64,000 nt of DNA from Halodesulfurarchaeum sp. (lineage in GTDB: Archaea > Halobacteriota > Halobacteria > Halobacteriales > Halobacteriaceae), in assembly GCA_034520565.1 (NCBI GenBank), contig JAXHNL010000002.1, positions 288,001-352,000 of the forward strand, in the 5' to 3' direction. Below the pieces are notes generated by a model that had not been told where the DNA came from, ran no database searches, and was given only the letters and a program-made list of their open reading frames with translations. Shown here piece after piece: positions 9,473-19,200 of this stretch. Made by a program: the position numbers and the translations under genes. Numbering within the stretch: the first letter of the stretch is position 1; each line of letters opens with the position of its first letter.

Positions 9473-10266
9473 CAGAACTGCCCTGGGACCCAGGAGAGGG
9501 GATCCCCTTCGTCGGTGCTGGGCCCGGCAATCCAAAACTGGTGACCGTGGCCGGTCGCGAGGCACTCGAGAACGCCGACCTCGTCGTCCACGCCGGCTCG
9601 CTCGTCAACAGCGAGATTCTCGACACCTACGCGCCCGACGCCCGGCACGTCGACAGCGCCGGGAAGGAACTGGAAACGCTCGTGGAACTGATGGCGACGG
9701 CCTATCACGACGGCGAACGCGTCGTTCGGCTTCACAGCGGCGATCCGTCGATTTTCGGCGCCGCACTCGAACAGATAGACGCACTGGCCGAGGCAGACGT
9801 CCCGGCGTACGTCGTTCCAGGAGTCACCGCCGCCTTCGCCGCGAGTGCGACCCTCGGAACGCAACTCACCCTCTCCGGAATCGCCAATCACGTCGCCATC
9901 ACCCGGCCGAAGGGGCGGACCCTCGACGCCGAAAACGACCACGTGACCGAGTTCGTCGGCATGGGCGACGTGACGACGGCCGTGTATCTCGGCACCCACG
10001 CGATCGAGGAGACGATGGAGCGCTTGCTCGAGGCCGGCGAGGATCCCGACACGCCGGTCGCCGTGGTCTACCATGCCTCCTGGCCCGATCAGGACGTTCT
10101 GCCCGGGACGATCGCGGACATCGCCGAGACGGTCGCGGACGCCGGCTACGAGTCGAGCGCACTCGTCCTGATCGGCGAGGCAGTCACCGGAGGAGACTAC
10201 GAGCGTTCGCATCTCTACGGTGGATGGGCCACGGCGGAATCCGCGGAACCGGGTGACCGAGCGTGA
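9469..10266 (+). CDS. cbiF: Cobalt-precorrin-4 C11-methyltransferase
   Basis: FVGAGPGNP, HAGSLVN, VVRLHSGDPSIFGA, VVYHASWPD. Confidence 0.95.
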   Translation: MTELPWDPGEGIPFVGAGPGNPKLVTVAGREALENADLVVHAGSLVNSEILDTYAPDARHVDSAGKELETLVELMATAYHDGERVVRLHSGDPSIFGAALEQIDALAEADVPAYVVPGVTAAFAASATLGTQLTLSGIANHVAITRPKGRTLDAENDHVTEFVGMGDVTTAVYLGTHAIEETMERLLEAGEDPDTPVAVVYHASWPDQDVLPGTIADIAETVADAGYESSALVLIGEAVTGGDYERSHLYGGWATAESAEPGDRA

Positions 10267-11180
10267 GCGGCAAACACCGCGTCGAGTCGATCGCGATCGT
10301 GGCCTTCGAACGAGATCTGGACGTCGCACTCGACATCGAGGAGCGCCTCTCCACGGCAGGTCGAACCGTGGAGCTGCATGCCTACGAGGACGGGATCTTC
10401 GAGCACGTCTGGGACCGGGACGCGATCGTTTCCCTCATGGCGAGCGGAATCGTCGTCCGCAAGATCGCCCCGCTACTCGCCGACAAGTGGGCGGATCCGG
10501 CCGTCGTGGCAGTGGACAGCGAGTTCACGTGGGCGATTCCGCTCGTGGGCGGCCATCACGGTGGCAACCGACTGGCCGAGGAACTGGCCGATCTCGGGGC
10601 CCGTCCGGCGGTGACGACCGCAACCGAAGCCGCCGGAAAGCAGGCGGTGGAGACCCGGGCTGCCGCGCTCGAAGCGAGTGTCGAGACGCCGGATTCGACG
10701 GTGGCGACGAATATGGCGGTCCTCCGGAACGAGCTGGGGCCCGTCGAGCGGCTGGATGGACCCCGGGCGGTACTCGTCTCGGAGGACGTAACGGTGCTCC
10801 GGCGGTCGGGGTCGGGGGAGCTGGTCCTGGGAACGGGATGCCGCGAGGGGACCGACGCCGAGACCTGCCGATCGGCCTGGCTCGACGCGCTGAACGAGAT
10901 CGGACGGGAGATCGAGGACGTCGAGTTCGTCGCGACGGGAGTGCTGAAGGCAGAAGAGCCCGGTCTTCGAGAGGCGGCGGCGGAACTGGATCTCGGGCTC
11001 GTCACCTTCGAGAAGGAGACCCTGGAGCGCTTTGCGGGCCCCAGCGAGTCGAAAGCGCCGGAACTGACAGGGTGGCCGGGCATCGCCGAGGCAAGCGCCA
11101 CCGCGGGTGGGCGCGAGCACGAATTGCTCGCCCCGAAGCAACGATTCGACGGTTCTGTCACGGTGGCGATCGGCCGATGA
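10263..11180 (+). CDS. cbiG: Cobalt-precorrin-5A hydrolase
   Basis: MASGIVVRKIAPLL.DKWADPAVV, GGHHGGN, TTATE, GTGCR, GIAEASA. Confidence 0.95.
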   Translation: MSGKHRVESIAIVAFERDLDVALDIEERLSTAGRTVELHAYEDGIFEHVWDRDAIVSLMASGIVVRKIAPLLADKWADPAVVAVDSEFTWAIPLVGGHHGGNRLAEELADLGARPAVTTATEAAGKQAVETRAAALEASVETPDSTVATNMAVLRNELGPVERLDGPRAVLVSEDVTVLRRSGSGELVLGTGCREGTDAETCRSAWLDALNEIGREIEDVEFVATGVLKAEEPGLREAAAELDLGLVTFEKETLERFAGPSESKAPELTGWPGIAEASATAGGREHELLAPKQRFDGSVTVAIGR

Positions 11181-12055
11181 CCCAGTGGCCCCAGGCCGAA
11201 CGCCTCGCCCGACCTGGATCCGGGGGGTCGGAAACTGATGAGCAGGGGATCCTCAAAATCGTCGGGATCGGCCCGGGGCTCCCGGACCAGTTGACCACGC
11301 GGGCTCGCAAGGCGATCCGAACGGCCGATACGGTCTATGCAGCCCCGCTGTATCAGGAGTTTCTGGCACGGGATGGATTGCTGTCCGATGCTGGAGGGAG
11401 CGACGGCCCTGTCGTCCTCGACTCCTCGCGAAGGGATTTCGAAGCCCGGGCCAGACGGACGTTCGACCGTGTCGGGACCGGGGAGACTGTCGTCCACGTC
11501 TCCGGCGGCGATCCGACGGTCTACGGCAAGTCCGACCTCCTCTTCGCCCTCGCCGAAACCGAGGCTGAAGGCGAGATCCCGATCGAGGTGATTCCGGGCG
11601 TGACCGCGGCCCTCGCGGGAGCTGCCGTCCTCGGTGCCCCGCTCTCGAACGATTTCTGTACGATTTCCCTCTCGACGAGCCACCGGAAACAGGCCGAGAT
11701 CGACCGGAAGCTCGCGGCCGCAGCCGAAACCGGGTTCGTCATCGCCCTGTACAATTGCTGGCGATCCTTCGACGGGGCCATCGAGACGATCCGCGAGCAC
11801 CGCACAGATTCGGTGCCGGTCGCCCTCCTCGCTGACGTCGGTCGAGGCGGCCAGGGCCGAGCCGAACGTGGCGAGACGGTGGCGGTATCGACGCTCGGCA
11901 CCGCAGCCGAGGAACTCTCGCCGGAGACACCCGGCACGCTCGCCATCGTGGGGACGGCGGATTCGCAAGTGCTTCGTCCCACAGGCGGCGGGCGGCCGTT
12001 TCTGGTGACCCCGCGAGGCGACGAGACTGCACTGCAGGCAGGTGATCCACAATGA
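11177..12055 (+). CDS. cbiH1: Cobalt-factor III C17-methyltransferase paralogue 1 (divergent)
   Basis: VGIGPG, HVSGGDPTVYGKSDL, IPGVTAAL, LGAPLSNDFCTISLS, LYNCWR. Confidence 0.85.
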   Translation: MTQWPQAERLARPGSGGSETDEQGILKIVGIGPGLPDQLTTRARKAIRTADTVYAAPLYQEFLARDGLLSDAGGSDGPVVLDSSRRDFEARARRTFDRVGTGETVVHVSGGDPTVYGKSDLLFALAETEAEGEIPIEVIPGVTAALAGAAVLGAPLSNDFCTISLSTSHRKQAEIDRKLAAAAETGFVIALYNCWRSFDGAIETIREHRTDSVPVALLADVGRGGQGRAERGETVAVSTLGTAAEELSPETPGTLAIVGTADSQVLRPTGGGRPFLVTPRGDETALQAGDPQ

Positions 12056-12900
12056 CTGACACGAACGCTGCAACAACCGAATCCGAGACGACCGAGTCGC
12101 CCGAGGCGACGAATCGAACGACAGCAACCACCGGCAGACTGCTCGCGGTTGGACTCGGCCCGGGCCACCCGGACGGAATGACGATCCGGGCACGGGAGGC
12201 ACTCGAATCCGTCGACCAGATCGTCGGGTACGAGACCTACGTCGACCTGTTGCCGGAGGTCCTCATCGAAGGCGCCGAGGACGTCTACGCGACGGGGATG
12301 GGCACGGAGGTCTCTCGTACCGAGACCGCAGTGGAGCGAGCCCTCGACGGGGCCGACGTCGCGCTGATCGGCAGCGGCGACCCCAACGTCTACGCGCTCG
12401 GTGGGCTGGTGCTCGAAGTGCTCGAATCCAGGGGGGTTGCGCCCGATGCCGTCGAATACGAGGTCGTTCCGGGGGTCACGGCTGCACAGTCGAGTGCAGC
12501 CCGGCTGGGCGCCCCGCTGGTCAACGACGCGGTGACGATCAGCCTCTCGGATCACCTCACCACCCTCGAGGAGATCGAGTCGCGACTCCGGGCCGTCGCC
12601 CCCGAGGGATTTGCCCTCGCGATCTACAACCCGTGGAGCCCGAACCGAGCGGCAAACTTCCAGCTTGCCTGTGAGATCCTGCTGGAGCACCGCCCACCGG
12701 ACACGCCGGTCGGCATCGTCCGCGGTGCCGGACGGGAGAACGAGCGAACGCACATCACCGACCTCGGGACACTCCCCGAATTGGGGGGCTCGGACGTCCT
12801 CGACATGACCTCGACGATCGTCGTCGGGACCGAGGAAACCCGCGTCTGGGGCGATCAGCTGGTCACCCCTCGCGGCTACGAGCGCAAGTACGACTACTGA
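12052..12900 (+). CDS. cbiH2: Cobalt-factor III C17-methyltransferase paralogue 2
   Basis: VGLGPG, GSGDPNVY, ISLSDHLT, IYNPWS, VTPRGYERKY. Confidence 0.92.
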   Translation: MTDTNAATTESETTESPEATNRTTATTGRLLAVGLGPGHPDGMTIRAREALESVDQIVGYETYVDLLPEVLIEGAEDVYATGMGTEVSRTETAVERALDGADVALIGSGDPNVYALGGLVLEVLESRGVAPDAVEYEVVPGVTAAQSSAARLGAPLVNDAVTISLSDHLTTLEEIESRLRAVAPEGFALAIYNPWSPNRAANFQLACEILLEHRPPDTPVGIVRGAGRENERTHITDLGTLPELGGSDVLDMTSTIVVGTEETRVWGDQLVTPRGYERKYDY

Positions 12901-12902
12901 CC

Positions 12903-14036
12903 ATGTCACAGACGACGAACACGCCGGTGATACTCGCCGGACACGGCTCTCGACGCGAGGAATCGAACGAGCAAGTCAAGCAGGTCGCGGCCGCCCTGGA
13001 GGACCAACTGGGCGAACGGGTCATGCCCGCCTACATCGAGCTGACCGAACCGCTCGTGGACGAGGCGATCGAGACGCTGGCGCCCGAGTCTGACTCGGTC
13101 ACGGTCGTTCCGCTCTCCCTCTTCGCGGCAGGCCACGTCAAAAACGACATCCCCCTTTTCGTCCAGCACGCCCGCCAGGCCTATCCAGACGTCGAGTTTG
13201 CCTACGGATCCAACCTCGGGGCCCGCCCGGAGTTGATCGAAATCGTCGGCGACCGGATCGCCGCGGCGGCAGCCGAGATGGACGCCGACCCCGAGACCGA
13301 CGACGTCGCGGTCGTCTTCGTCGCCCGGGGATCGAGCGACCCGGACGCCAACGCCGAGGCCTACCGCCTCGCTCGACTGATCCAGGAGGGACGGCCCTAC
13401 ACCCGCGTCGAACCGACCTTCATCGGAATCACCGAGCCGCGCCTGGATCGCACACTCGAGGAAGTCGCCCGCCACGACCCGGACGGAACCATCGTCGTCC
13501 CGTACATGCTCGGTGACGGGGTTCTCACCCGCCGAATTCACGACGAAGCCGAGGCCTTCGACGACGAGCATCCGACCATCGAGACCGCCACGACGGGCGT
13601 CCTCGGACTCGACGACCGACTCATCCGGGCGCTCGAACACCGGGTCATGGAGGCCCGCCAGGGCGCGGTGTCGATGCCCTGCGATCGCTGCATCTACAAG
13701 GTGACACTCGCGGATTACGCGGACGAGGTGGGCGGCGAGAAGGCCTTCGTCCACGCCCTGGAGCACACGCTTGCCCACGTCAGCGACGACCACGGGCACG
13801 GGCACGATCACAGCCACGGCGAAGAAGGACACGATCACGGTCACGAAACGGACTCCAGTCACGAGCATGCTGTCGGCCAGGCTGACGGGCACGGGCATGG
13901 TGACAGGCATGGGCACGGCCAGGCTGACGGGCACGGCCATGCTGACGGGCACGAGCATGGTGACGGGCATGGGCACGGCCAGGCTGACGGGCACGAGCAC
14001 TCACAGGACCACTCCCACGAGGAGCGCGACAACTAG
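12903..14036 (+). CDS. cbiX: Sirohydrochlorin cobaltochelatase, long two-domain form with MxCxxC motif and His-rich tail
   Basis: GHGSR, PLSLFAAGHVKNDIP, RGSSDPDAN, MPCDRC; ~25 His in the last ~86 aa. Confidence 0.93.
   Translation: MSQTTNTPVILAGHGSRREESNEQVKQVAAALEDQLGERVMPAYIELTEPLVDEAIETLAPESDSVTVVPLSLFAAGHVKNDIPLFVQHARQAYPDVEFAYGSNLGARPELIEIVGDRIAAAAAEMDADPETDDVAVVFVARGSSDPDANAEAYRLARLIQEGRPYTRVEPTFIGITEPRLDRTLEEVARHDPDGTIVVPYMLGDGVLTRRIHDEAEAFDDEHPTIETATTGVLGLDDRLIRALEHRVMEARQGAVSMPCDRCIYKVTLADYADEVGGEKAFVHALEHTLAHVSDDHGHGHDHSHGEEGHDHGHETDSSHEHAVGQADGHGHGDRHGHGQADGHGHADGHEHGDGHGHGQADGHEHSQDHSHEERDN
13881..14000 (+). repeat. 60-bp tandem duplication encoding His/Gly/Asp repeats of the CbiX tail
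   Basis: 13881-13940 and 13941-14000 match at 55/60 positions; shorter GHGH/GHEH sub-repeats inside. Confidence 0.9.
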
Positions 14037-14050
14037 CTGCACCGCTCGTT

Positions 14051-16243
14051 CTATTCGCCGGCGGACTGAGAGACCGACCGCACCGACTCCGTGGAGAGAT
14101 CCTCCAGCGGGATCGCCGTCGCGTCCGCGGCGGCCACGACGTCCTCGACCAAATTCGCCCGGTCCCCGGGCTGACTCGCGTCGACGACCACCACCTCCTC
14201 GGCCCGGTCACCGAGAGCCCGTGCAGCCTCCCGGGTCGCCTCCGTGGGACTGCCCCCGGCCACGTTCGTCCGGCCGTCAGTCACGACGACGGCCACGCTC
14301 GCCGCCGGATCGGCCCGTTCGATGACCGCTCGCGCGGTGTCGAGCCCGGCGGGAAGGGGCGTCCGGTCGCCGGTCGGAAGGTCCTTCAAATGGCGGGCGG
14401 CGAGCGAGACGCTGTCCGTCGGCGGAAGCAGCACCTCCGCCTCCGCACCCGCGAACGCGACGAAGGCCACCTCGTCGCGCTCCTGATAGCTCTCCTTCAG
14501 CAGTTCGAGCACGGTTCCCTTCGCCGCGCGCATCGCCGGTCCCATCGAGGCGCTCGCGTCGACGGCAAAGACCACCAGCGTGGTTGCCGATCCGGCCCTG
14601 ACCGACTGCCGGAGATCCCGCCGCTCGAGGGGCGTCCTCCCCCGTTTCGCATTCTCTCGAACCGACGCCGCCACGTCGACCGTCTCGGCGGACTCGGCCG
14701 GCTCGGTCCGGATCCGGGGGCCGCTTTCGCCGACGGCCGGCTCGGACTCGACCCGCCCGGCCTCACTGCCCGAGGACCCCGTCGACGGCGCTTCCTCGAC
14801 GGCGAGCTCCGGTGCCGCACTCTCACCGACCGACGCGGACTGGGCGGCCGGCGTCGACGGCGGGCGCGCGGATCGCTCCTCGTTGGCGTCGCCCGCTCGG
14901 TCCTCGTCCCCCTGCGACGGGTCGTCCTCCCTCGGATCTTCGGCCCCGTCCCCACCACTGTCCGAAGGGGTTTCGGGGGCTTGCCGGACCGAACCGTCGG
15001 TCCCGGATTCGGGTTCCTGCGCCGGGGGCCGTGTCCCTTCCATTCCGGTTTCCGAATCCGGGTCCGGCGACTCGTCGGGTTCGGGTCCGTCCGATTCGCC
15101 AGCAGCGCGGTCGTCACGCTCCCCGTGTCCCGCTGTGCCGCCGTCCCCCGCTTCGTCGCCGCCGGATTCCGTCGACGGGTCAGTTCCGTCCGACTCACCC
15201 GGAGCCTCGTCATCCGGCGTCGAATTCGCCTCCCGGTCGTCCCCGAAGTGATCGTTCAGCACGTCCTCGAGGGGCTCGGTCTCCTCGAAGGGGCGACTCT
15301 GGAGCCGGTGGGGGAGGGCATATTCGAGGGCGTCCTCGACGTCGTGCTCGGTCACCCGGTCTCTGCCATCCAGCGCCGCGAAGGTCCGGGCCGCGCGGGC
15401 CGCCGCGATGTCGCCGCGGTGGCCGTCCACCCCGGCGTCGACACACACCTCCGCGATCGTTTCCGCCCGGTCCCGGGGGAGTGACACCTCCTGAAGGCGG
15501 GCGCGGGCCGGCTCGATCCGCTGCTGCAACTGGTCGAGTTCGGCCTCGGGCCCCGCTCCGGAATCGTCGCGCTCGCGGTCGAGTGCGGCCTCCACGATCG
15601 CGACCCGTTCGTCGAGATTCTCGCTCCCGGCGACGTCAACCTGCAGTGCAAAGCGGTCACGGAGTTGGGGGCGAAGGTCCCCCTCCTCGGGGTTCATCGT
15701 CCCGATCAACGTGAATTCGGCCGGATGGGTCTCGCTCATCCCGTCCCGCTCGACGCGGTTGACACCGCTCGCGGCCGCATCGAGGAGGACGTCGACCAGG
15801 TGGTCTTCGAGGAGGTTCACCTCGTCCACGTAGAGAAAGCCCCGGTTGGCCTGAGCGAGCAGGCCCGGCTCGAAGGTCGATTCGCCGTCGAGCGCATCCG
15901 AAAGCGAGAGCGAACCGACCACCCGCTCCCGCGTGGCCCCGAGTGGCACCGTCACGAGCGGAACCGGGCGCTCCTCGACGGGTGGATCGTCCCGGCCCCG
16001 ACACGACTCACATTGCTGGGCCGGTTCGTCCGGCGGACACCCGTAGGGACAGTCCGCGATCGCCCGCTGGGTCGGCAGCAAGTCGACCAGTCCCCGGACG
16101 GCCGTCGACTTTGCCGTCCCCTTCTCCCCGCGGACGAGCAGTCCGTCGATCGCGTCGTTCGCCGCCACCGCGAGCAACACCCGCTTGAGTCGCTCCTGCC
16201 CCACGATCTCGGGGAACGGGACGGCGGATCCAAACCCAACCAT
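14051..16243 (-). CDS. chlID: Fused AAA+/vWA chelatase subunit (ChlI/D-like; partner of CobN)
   Basis: FPEIVGQ, GEKGTAKST, FEPGLLAQANRG.LYVDEVNLL, long acidic linker, vWA MIDAS DASASM. Confidence 0.93.
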   Translation of the reverse strand: MVGFGSAVPFPEIVGQERLKRVLLAVAANDAIDGLLVRGEKGTAKSTAVRGLVDLLPTQRAIADCPYGCPPDEPAQQCESCRGRDDPPVEERPVPLVTVPLGATRERVVGSLSLSDALDGESTFEPGLLAQANRGFLYVDEVNLLEDHLVDVLLDAAASGVNRVERDGMSETHPAEFTLIGTMNPEEGDLRPQLRDRFALQVDVAGSENLDERVAIVEAALDRERDDSGAGPEAELDQLQQRIEPARARLQEVSLPRDRAETIAEVCVDAGVDGHRGDIAAARAARTFAALDGRDRVTEHDVEDALEYALPHRLQSRPFEETEPLEDVLNDHFGDDREANSTPDDEAPGESDGTDPSTESGGDEAGDGGTAGHGERDDRAAGESDGPEPDESPDPDSETGMEGTRPPAQEPESGTDGSVRQAPETPSDSGGDGAEDPREDDPSQGDEDRAGDANEERSARPPSTPAAQSASVGESAAPELAVEEAPSTGSSGSEAGRVESEPAVGESGPRIRTEPAESAETVDVAASVRENAKRGRTPLERRDLRQSVRAGSATTLVVFAVDASASMGPAMRAAKGTVLELLKESYQERDEVAFVAFAGAEAEVLLPPTDSVSLAARHLKDLPTGDRTPLPAGLDTARAVIERADPAASVAVVVTDGRTNVAGGSPTEATREAARALGDRAEEVVVVDASQPGDRANLVEDVVAAADATAIPLEDLSTESVRSVSQSAGE

Positions 16244-16275
16244 ACTTGTAGTAACCCAATCCAACTATAATAAGG

Positions 16276-19200
16276 ATGTGTTCCATCGGGCTGTACACGG
16301 CGACCGATCAGCCGGTGTCCGCGATCCGGGCCGCCGCGGAGCGCCTCTCCGGGATCGATCTGTTGGTTCGGTCGGGGGCGGATCTGGCTGATCAGGCAGC
16401 CGTCTCGCGGTTCACCGAGCGGTTGGCCGAACAGGACGTGGCCGTGTTCTTTCTCCACGGGTCGGAATCGCGGCTGCCGGACTTCGAATCGGTCCGCCGG
16501 AGGGTTCAGGAGGCGGGCGTGCCGGTCGTCGTGTCCCGATCCGGGACGGCAGACGGAACTGGCGATTCCACGGTCGAACCGCCCGTTCAGCGACGGGTTG
16601 CCGACTATCTCGAGCGCGGGGGCGTCCTCAACGTGGCGAACATGGCCCGATACCTCGCCGACGAGTTCGGCGAGGGCACCTGGGCGGCCGACGAACCGGT
16701 CGACCTGCCGGAGACCGGGGTGTACCACCCCGACCATCCGGGCGCCACGGTCGACGAATTTCGCGAAACCTTCGACCCGGATCGGCCGACCGTCGGCATC
16801 TGGTTCTACGAGACCCACTGGACGTTCGAGAACACCCGCTACGTCGATGCACTCGTCCGGTCCCTCGAATCGCGGGGCGTGAACGCGTTTCCGGTGTTTA
16901 CCGCACCCACCGCCGATGATCCGGACGACCGTGACGCGGCCTGGGTCGCCGAGAACTGGTTCGCCGAGGAGTCGGGCGCCCGCGTGGATGCGATCCTCAC
17001 GACCTTCATGTACTCGATGAGTATGGACGAGCGGGGTCGCGCCGCGGCCGAGCCGACCGATCCGACCGCGACCGGCTTTCTCGAAGCCCTCGACGTGCCG
17101 GTCGTGCAGGCGATGGTCTCGATGCGGCCCCGGGCGGCCTATCACGCGGACGACGCCGGGCTCCCGCCGTTCGAACTCGCGCTCTCCGTGGCGCTCCCGG
17201 AACTCGACGGCGTGGTCGTCACCCACCCGATCAGCGGGAAAGAACGGGCGGGTGCCCCCGACGATTCGACCGTAAACGGAACGGCCCCGCTCCGACATCT
17301 CCCCATCGAGGGGCGGGTGGATCACGCCGCCCGGCTCGTCGCCAACTGGGCCCGACTCGGCCGGACGCCGGCAAGCGAGAAACGGATCGCCGTCGTCCTC
17401 CACAACTACCCGCCATCCGACGACGGGATCGGAACCGCCTTCGGACTGGATTCGCCGGCGAGTCTCGACACCCTCCTCGAGGCACTCGAGCGGCAGGGAT
17501 ACGACGTGACAAACCGGTTCGAGGACGGCCAGGCGATCGTCGAACGCCTCGTTCGACAGCTCACCCGGGACGCCCGCTGGACGGACCCGGACAGAGGGCC
17601 GACCGGTGTGGCACAGGTCACACCGAATACCTACCGGGAGTGGTTCGAGACACTCGACTCGGACCTGCGAGCAACACTTCGCGAGGAGTGGGGCGGCCCG
17701 CCGACCGCGCCGATCGAAATCCCGGGCGTGGAGTGCGGGAACGTCCTCGTCACCGTCCAGCCGCCGCGGGGATTCGAGGCCGACCCCGAAAAGGTCTACC
17801 ACGATTCCGCGCTGCAACCACCCCACGAGTACGTCGCGACCTACGCGTGGCTCGAGCGGACCTTCGAGGCCGACGCGATCGTCCATCTCGGCACCCACGG
17901 CAGCCTCGAGTGGTTGCCGGGGAAGACCGTCGGACTCGACGGGACGAGTGCGCCCGACGCCCTCATCGACGACGTGCCCAACGTCTACCCCTACATCGTC
18001 AACAATCCGGGCGAGGGGACCCAGGCCACCCGGCGCTCGTATGCCACGATCGTCGATCACCTGACCCCGCCCATGCGGGCGGCCGGAATTCACGACGACC
18101 TCGCCGACCTCGAAGCGCTGGTCCGGGAGTACCGCGACCGGAACCGTGACGGAGCCGCGCCGACGGACCTCGCCGGGCTCGAGTCGCGGATTCGGTCGCT
18201 GGTTGCCGAGGCTGACCTGGGCCCCGACCTCGGGATCGAAAGCGGCGAGACAGTCGCGATGGCGGAGTTGGTGCGTGCCCTCCACGGGTACCTCACCGAC
18301 GTGAAACAGACCCAGATCCGGATGGGGCTCCACCTGCTCGGGGAGCCACCGACCGGCGATCGACTCGTGGAGTACCTCTACGCCCTCACGCGGTTCGAAA
18401 ACCCCGGTGCTCCGAGCCTTCGGGACGCCGTGGCCGGGGCCATGGGCGTCCCCGCCGATCGGATGATCGAGGAGCCGGAGCGCTACGACCCCGACCTCGG
18501 ACTGTACTATTCCGTGGCCGCCGAACGCGTCAGGGAGGAGAGTCTCGACCTCGTGGAAGCCCTGGCCGATCGCGGATTCGACGTTTCCGAGCGCGAAATC
18601 GACGCGCTGATCGAGGACCTCCCGGTGCTCGGGACCGAGCGGGACCCCGAGGCCGTCGCGGCTCTCGAATCGGCCCTTGCCTTCATCGCGACCGACCTCG
18701 TGGGACGGATCGAGGCCGCCCGGACCGAACTGTCGAACACGGTCGCCGCTCTCGAGGGATCTTACGTTCCGCCGGGAAAGAGCGGCGCCCCGACCCGCGG
18801 CGGCGCCGACATCCTGCCGACGGGGCGGAACTTCTTCACGCTCGACCCGCGGGGAGTTCCCTCGAAAGCCGCCTGGCGAGTTGGCCAGTCGATTGCAGAT
18901 GGCGTCCTCGAGCGCCACCTCGAGTCGGAGGGGTCCTACCCCGAGGAAGTCGGGGTCGTCGCCTGGGGAACCCCGACCGTCCGGACGCGGGGCGAGACGA
19001 TCGCACAGATCCTCGCCCTGCTCGGGGTCGAACCGCGCTGGACCGACGCGGGCCGAGTGGACGGGGTAGAACCGATCCCGCTCGCCGAACTCGGCCGCCC
19101 CCGGATCGACGTCACCACCCGCATCTCGGGCCTGTTCCGGGACGCCTTCCCCGGCGTCGCGGGACTCGTTCAGGAGGCCGTCGAGACGGTCGCCGCCCTC

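Noticed and set aside
12906-14000. Minus-strand ORF with MPVPVS-like repeats
   Set aside because: Reverse complement of the CbiX His-rich repeat; not an independent gene.
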